The notes under the pieces: model-generated
Databases searched by the model: none
What the model was told of the DNA's origin: nothing
Seen by the model: only the letters and a program-made list of their open reading frames with translations
Part shown: in pieces, positions 58,851 to 64,000 of the stretch
Layout: each line of letters starts with the position of its first letter
How positions within the stretch are numbered: the first letter of the stretch is position 1
Assembly (NCBI GenBank): GCA_013239625.1
Contig: MU053934.1
Location: 6,962,399-7,026,398, forward strand
Source: Lama guanicoe
Lineage: Eukaryota
Reading direction: 5' to 3'
Length of the DNA: 64,000 bases
Position numbers and translations under genes: made by a program

Positions 58851-61800
58851 ACTGCTTTTTGACGCCCCCTCAATTTGGGGCCCGGGGAGACCTCTCTGGC
58901 TTCACTCAGTCCCAACCTTGACTTGAAAGAAATGAATGGGGCGCTGTGAGCCTCAGTAAGGGGGGGCCTCATCAGTTCCCAGAGCTTCTGGTGACCAGCT
59001 GTGGGGTGAGACTGTGGCAGCCTCAAGGATGAGGAGTCCTAACTCTAGGTGGAAGGGCTTTGAGGTGAGGAGGGGAGGGGCCAGAGGACACGCTTCATCC
59101 GAGACCAGTCGGAGTGAGGACCGTCCGAACACCTGTTCCTGCACAGCTGACATAAGACAGAGGCAGAGCCTGCTTCCTTCCTGGTACCCCGTCCCTCCCT
59201 GCCCACGGGGTGCTCCGAGTCCTCCTGGGCTCCTTCCCAGGCCACCCCTACCTGAACGAGGTCCAGGATATTTGTCCCCAAACTGGTTTGTGCCTGTCAA
59301 ATCCTGGCTATTGTAACCCCTAACATAATTATTATGTAAGCTGATGAAACTTGAGGGCAAACAGAAAAATTGTGGGGGTTTCTGTGAAAAGAAACTTGAA
59401 TTCCCTGGAAAGGTTAGATTTAGCCAAGTTGCTTACGAATTTTCTGCAAAGAATGTAAATGAGATGATAGCTAAACATTGAAAAGTGCAGATGGGCTCTG
59501 CCCTCAGATGGCTTCTCAAGCCTCTGCAGGTTCCAGCTCCACTTGGAAGCCTAGCCTGGAAAATCCAGATGCTGCCTGAGGTGGGTGGGGTAGGCCCAAA
59601 GCATGGTTCTGTCTCCAGGCAGCAGCCCCAGTCTCCAGTAAGGTCTGGGGTCCTCATCAGCAGATTCCAAGGGGATGTCCACTTACTTCAGTTAAAGCAA
59701 ATTATTTAAGGCACGCATGTGCCTCTAAGTCTATGAGCTTCTTCAATAACTGACCATCCATATACCAACTGTGGAGGATGAGAGAGCTTGGCTACAACTT
59801 GTGCTCCAAGGGCTGTGTAGAGAGACAGACAAGGGACACCCAGTGTCAGGGAGAGGAGGGAAGAGCACTGAACGTCCGGTTTCAATCTCAGCTTGCCGGC
59901 CGCCTCCTTGGACCCACACAGCAGCCCAGGGTGGGATACAGGCAGGGTTGACACCCCATTTCCCAGAGGCCATGACTGAGGCCCATATCAGGGCAGACGC
60001 CACTTCACAGCTGGTGAGTGACATGCAGTGCTAGGCTCTTTCCGTGCTTCTGGCTGTGGCCCCATCATGGGAACAAACATGGCAAAGAGAAATGAGTCCA
60101 GAGAGGGTGCTGGGGTGGGTCCCAAAGGAGTTGGCCTTCAGGATTCAGAGCCTCAATACAGCGGGGAGTTGAGCACAGGAAAGAACACAGGTCTGGTGCC
60201 CAAGGGGCCCTGGGCTCAAGGCCCAGCCCCTCCATTCACTGGCTCTGTGACCTTGGGCACTTGGCTAGGCTGGAGCTTCTTTCCCATTTGCAGTGTGATG
60301 GCACACCCCTCTGTGTGACACACCCTGCTCTGTGGGTCTGTGCTCCGTCCTCCATGAGGGGCTACCTCGCAGGGCTGTGTTAAGGAGCACAAGGGCTGGT
60401 GGTAAGCGCTTTGGAGACAGAACTGCTGCTCGGGCCCCTGACATTCCAGGGCTTTGCCATCCCAGCCCCTGAGGCCCACCTGCCAGCCACGGTGGGGGCT
60501 CCTGGCCCCGTGAGAAGGGACCTAGGCTCTGGGATGCCAGGTGTGGGCGTGGGGGCAGCTGATTCCCAGTCAAGGGGCTTTCTCTGTCATGGTCACTTCC
60601 GCATTCAAGGCCTCAGTGTCCTCATCTGTGCAAGGGGACAACACCTACCAGGTGGTTGGGAGGCTCAGAGGAGCACATGCTCTATTTCTCAAACTCCAGC
60701 TGTTCCAAGGCCTTTCGAGAGGGTTGTTCACCTGAGCCCCACTTCCCCTGCTATGTCCTTAAATCAATTCACTTTTTTCCCTTAAAAAGGAAACTTTCTA
60801 TCATCACAAGTAGAGCACAAGTATCACTTGCCAGAAATAGGAAGTAACCATAAAGACAGGCATAAGCACAGTAGAAATAACGTGCCTACATCCAGCCGGC
60901 TGCGGGCCAGAGGCCTGGGCGGGGCCTGCTCTCCTCTGGATAAAAAGAGCGCTCGGGCTGAGGTTCAGAGGAGGCCAGGTGTCCTAGCACCAAACTGAGG
61001 TTTCCTTCTCCTTAGTCAGAAGGCTTGGAAGACACTTGAGAAGGTAGGAGCCTTCTCTCCACGGGAGTCCAAGTTAGTTAACACCACATCCATGTTGCAC
61101 TAAATGACCTGAGGACCCCCTGACCTCAGTGGGACGTGCCCACAGCAAGTGGAGCAAGAAAGGGTCTCAGAGAATGGTGCTGGGCTTGTAGCTTAAGGCC
61201 CCCCACAGCCCTCAGGTGAGCTGGGCGGGTCACCCACAGGTGTGCCCATCGTGTAAACTAGGACCTGGCTGCTCTGGGGTTTTGGTCAATTGCTTGGATT
61301 CTGGTTAGCAGAAAGCCAAGTCCCGCTCCTGCTGGGAGTTCCGGGGCCAGAGGACCCACGCCAGACCCCAGGCCCCTGTCCTGCCTGGATACACCTCTCT
61401 GAGTGCTGTTGGTGCACTCAGCACACAGCATGGAGGCCTTTGTGGGCCTGCCTTAGAGGAGCTGAAGGAATGGGACACGGGCCCAGAAATAGGTGCTTAC
61501 AGAGAGGGGGCTGGGGGGTGGGCACCAGGGAGGAGGGAAGTCCAGGCTTCTCCAGTGAGCCTGTGAGCCTGTGATTAGCCCCGTGTGGTCACTGTCACCC
61601 CTGACGTGACTGGACCCTTGGCTTGAGGGCAAAGACAGAGAAGGGAAAGGAGTTCTGGCAGTGGGAGAGGCGAGGGGGCATGGCCCAGGTCCTGGCTGGC
61701 CAGGTGAGAGGCCGGCTAGGTGGGGCCAGTCCACCCACATCCTCATCTAGGCCAAATGTGGGACTTTGTTCAGCATAGGCCTAGCCTCTCATACTCAGGA

Positions 61801-62719
61801 CTGGGAGGGCTAGCCAGTGAGGGCACCTGGGGGTCTCTCCTGGCTCCTGGGTGGGCCTGGAGGAGGAACAGGGGAGCAGGCAGCAGGAGGGAACAGTGGG
61901 GCGCAGAGAGGAGACATCCTAGACCAGCTGGGGCACAGGTGTCTCTGCAAAGCTCTGGTTGCAGCCTTGTTATGCAGCGCCCCCAGGTGGACAATATGAG
62001 AATGGCTGAAAACCCTGGAAAAGGAGAAAGGAAACCGGCATCGGCCTCACTTCCCAGGTGGAGACAAGTTGCTAGGGGGAGAAGCAGCAGGCAACCCCAT
62101 GTGAACCCGGCCTCCATCACTTACCTGCTCTGGGGCCTCAGGTGGAACCCCGGAATTCCCAGTTGTGTCTTTGGTAAAGTGGAGTTTGACCCCAGGAAGC
62201 CCTCAGCTAATTGGCAGTCCCTCCCTACCCCCTACACTGTTTTCACTGGTGTGGCCAAGTGGTGACAGGGTGACAGAGCCTCATGGACAAGAAAATTTAC
62301 AGAAGGCTGGAATACTAACACTGCCGTCAAGGGCAGGGGCCCTGGCTCTGACTGACCTCCCTTCCCCCGCCTCCCTGAACAGCCCAGGTAAGTTAATTTC
62401 CCTCCCTGAGCCTCAGTCTCCTCATCTGTAAAATGAAGTGAATGAGATGGTATGTAAAGCACTCAACACTGAGAAGGTCTGGTCTTCTTCCTGGTGGGAT
62501 TATTCTGAGGATTTAATTATAATCAGTTAATTTAAATCACATGAGACAATGCCTGAAAAATGTACGGCCTAGGGCAGAGTGTCTGTAATAAATGCTGGAC
62601 CTGCTGGGGCTCTGAGACACCTCCAGGCTCAGCTGTGCCAGGTGGGGGTGGGCAGGCGGCACCCGGTGGTGGCACCCAGAGCAGAAAGCAAAGTGGGCCA
62701 GCTCCTCCCCTGCACCAAG

Positions 62720-62920
62720 AATGAACTCTAATGGACTTTGGGTGACAATGATGTGTTAGTGCCGGTTCATCAGTGGTGATAAATGCACCTCTCTGGTGGG
62801 GCATGTTGATGTGGGGGAGGCTGTGCATGTGAGGGGCAAGGGTACATGGGAAATCTCCGTACCTTCCACTCAATTTTTCTGTGAACCTAAAACATCCCCC
62901 AAAAATTGTCTATAAAAAGT
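62720..62920 (+). mobile_element. Old L1 (L1MC/MD-like) 3' end
   Basis: ATGGACTTTGGGTGACAATGATGTG...ATGGGAAATCTCCGTACCTTCCACTCAATTTTTCTGTGAACCTAAAAC. Confidence 0.75.
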
Positions 62921-63115
62921 CAATGGTGTACTCATAGATATTGATGTATAGTAATTGATTAGAACATCTCTGAAGACCTCACTCATAATGGCATTTAAGA
63001 AAAATCCTTTAGCAAGGACTGAGTGAAGAAAAAGGGCGTGATGACGTTGGATGAGAAATCAAAATGTCTATTTTTTCTGAATTACTTATTTGTTTAATAA
63101 AATCCAAACAGGATA

Positions 63116-63236
63116 GGGGGGAGGGTATAGCTCTAGTGGTAGAGCATATGCCTAGCATGCACGAGGTCCTGGGTTCAATCCCCAGTACCTCCATTAAGAT
63201 AAATAAATAAACCTAATTACTTTCCCCCACCCCCAA
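63116..63236 (+). mobile_element. tRNA-derived SINE (camelid-type) with TSD
   Basis: GGGGAGGGTATAGCTCTAGTGGTAGAGC...GGTTCAATCCCCAGTACCTCC; TSD AAAATCCAAACAG (63099-63111) / AAAATCCGAACAG (63237-63249). Confidence 0.9.
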
Positions 63237-63644
63237 AAAATCCGAACAGCATATTTACAAATGAATCAAATGATTCATCTAAAAGAGTAACTGTGTGAAT
63301 ACAGCTAGGAAACTTCTGGAAGGAAAGAGTAACGGGGAAGGACTGACTCTGTTAGCTAGTAAAAGATGTAATACCTGTTATTATAATTATCTAAGGTAAT
63401 TGAGCACTTAATATTTTCCAGGACCTGTTCCAAAGGCTTTATAAAGACTAAACCGTTTGATCTTCATTCCAACACTTGCACTAGCAGGCATTAAGGTTTT
63501 AGAGGCTCAATACATGGACTCTTTCCCCTGCTCAAGTTCAGAGCCACTGAGAGGAGGACGGGAAGGCCAGGGACGCAGAGATCAATATATCCTCTTTACA
63601 GACAGAAGCTGGGTTAGAGGTCAGGGAGCGAATGGTGGCAACAA

Positions 63645-63960
63645 CGGGCTTCTTAAAGTAGACTCCACCAAGAGAATGAAAAGACAAGTCACAGACCGGG
63701 AGAAAATATTGGAAAAGCACAGATCTGATAAAGAACCTGTATCCAAAATATACAAAAAGCTATTCTAACTCAGCAGTAAGAAAATGAATGAATGACCCAA
63801 TTTAAAACGGGCAAAAGATCTAAGCAGACACCTCACCAAAAAAGATACACAGATGGCAAATAAATGTGGGGAAAGATGGCCAGTATCGTAGGTAATTAGG
63901 CAATTGCAAAATTAAAACAACAGTGAGATGCCACTACATCCCTACTGAAATCCAAATAAA
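63645..63960 (+). mobile_element. L1 ORF2 C-terminal fragment
   Basis: KRMKRQVTDREKILEKH-SDKEPVSKIYK; GGGCAAAAGATCTAAGCAGACACCTCACCAAA. Confidence 0.8.
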
Positions 63961-64000
63961 AAACTGAGGAAAAAAAAAAACCCCAAACAAAACCCCAAAT

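Overview
Mammalian genomic DNA, most likely a camelid judging by the tRNA-derived SINE family (inference), syntenic with the human POLDIP3-RNU12-CYB5R3 locus. Minus strand: POLDIP3/SKAR coding exons 1-7 (20586 down to 1900; the remaining 3' exons lie left of the window) and a complete, intact 9-exon CYB5R3 (46803 down to 25340; 906 nt, 301 aa; all introns GT-AG with consistent phases). Plus strand: the U12 minor-spliceosome snRNA gene (20971-21120) with PSE, octamer-like DSE and 3' box, head-to-head with POLDIP3 in one CpG island. The rest is intron or intergenic DNA with L1, L2, MIR, LTR and DNA-transposon relics, three tRNA-SINEs and a 42-N gap. Almost all ORF-track entries are spurious. I see no evidence for a wholly new multi-gene system. 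Best leads: (1) a 1.96-kb ORF1-only L1 element bounded by a perfect 16-bp target-site duplication (half-L1-like); (2) a candidate erythroid promoter and non-coding exon 1S in CYB5R3 intron 1; (3) the TDP-43-type UG tract and a decoy/poison splice unit around POLDIP3 exon 3; (4) a 29-nt motif present three times in CYB5R3 introns; (5) apparent lineage-specific CYB5R3 substitutions. Repeat family names and cross-species comparisons are from memory, not from searches.
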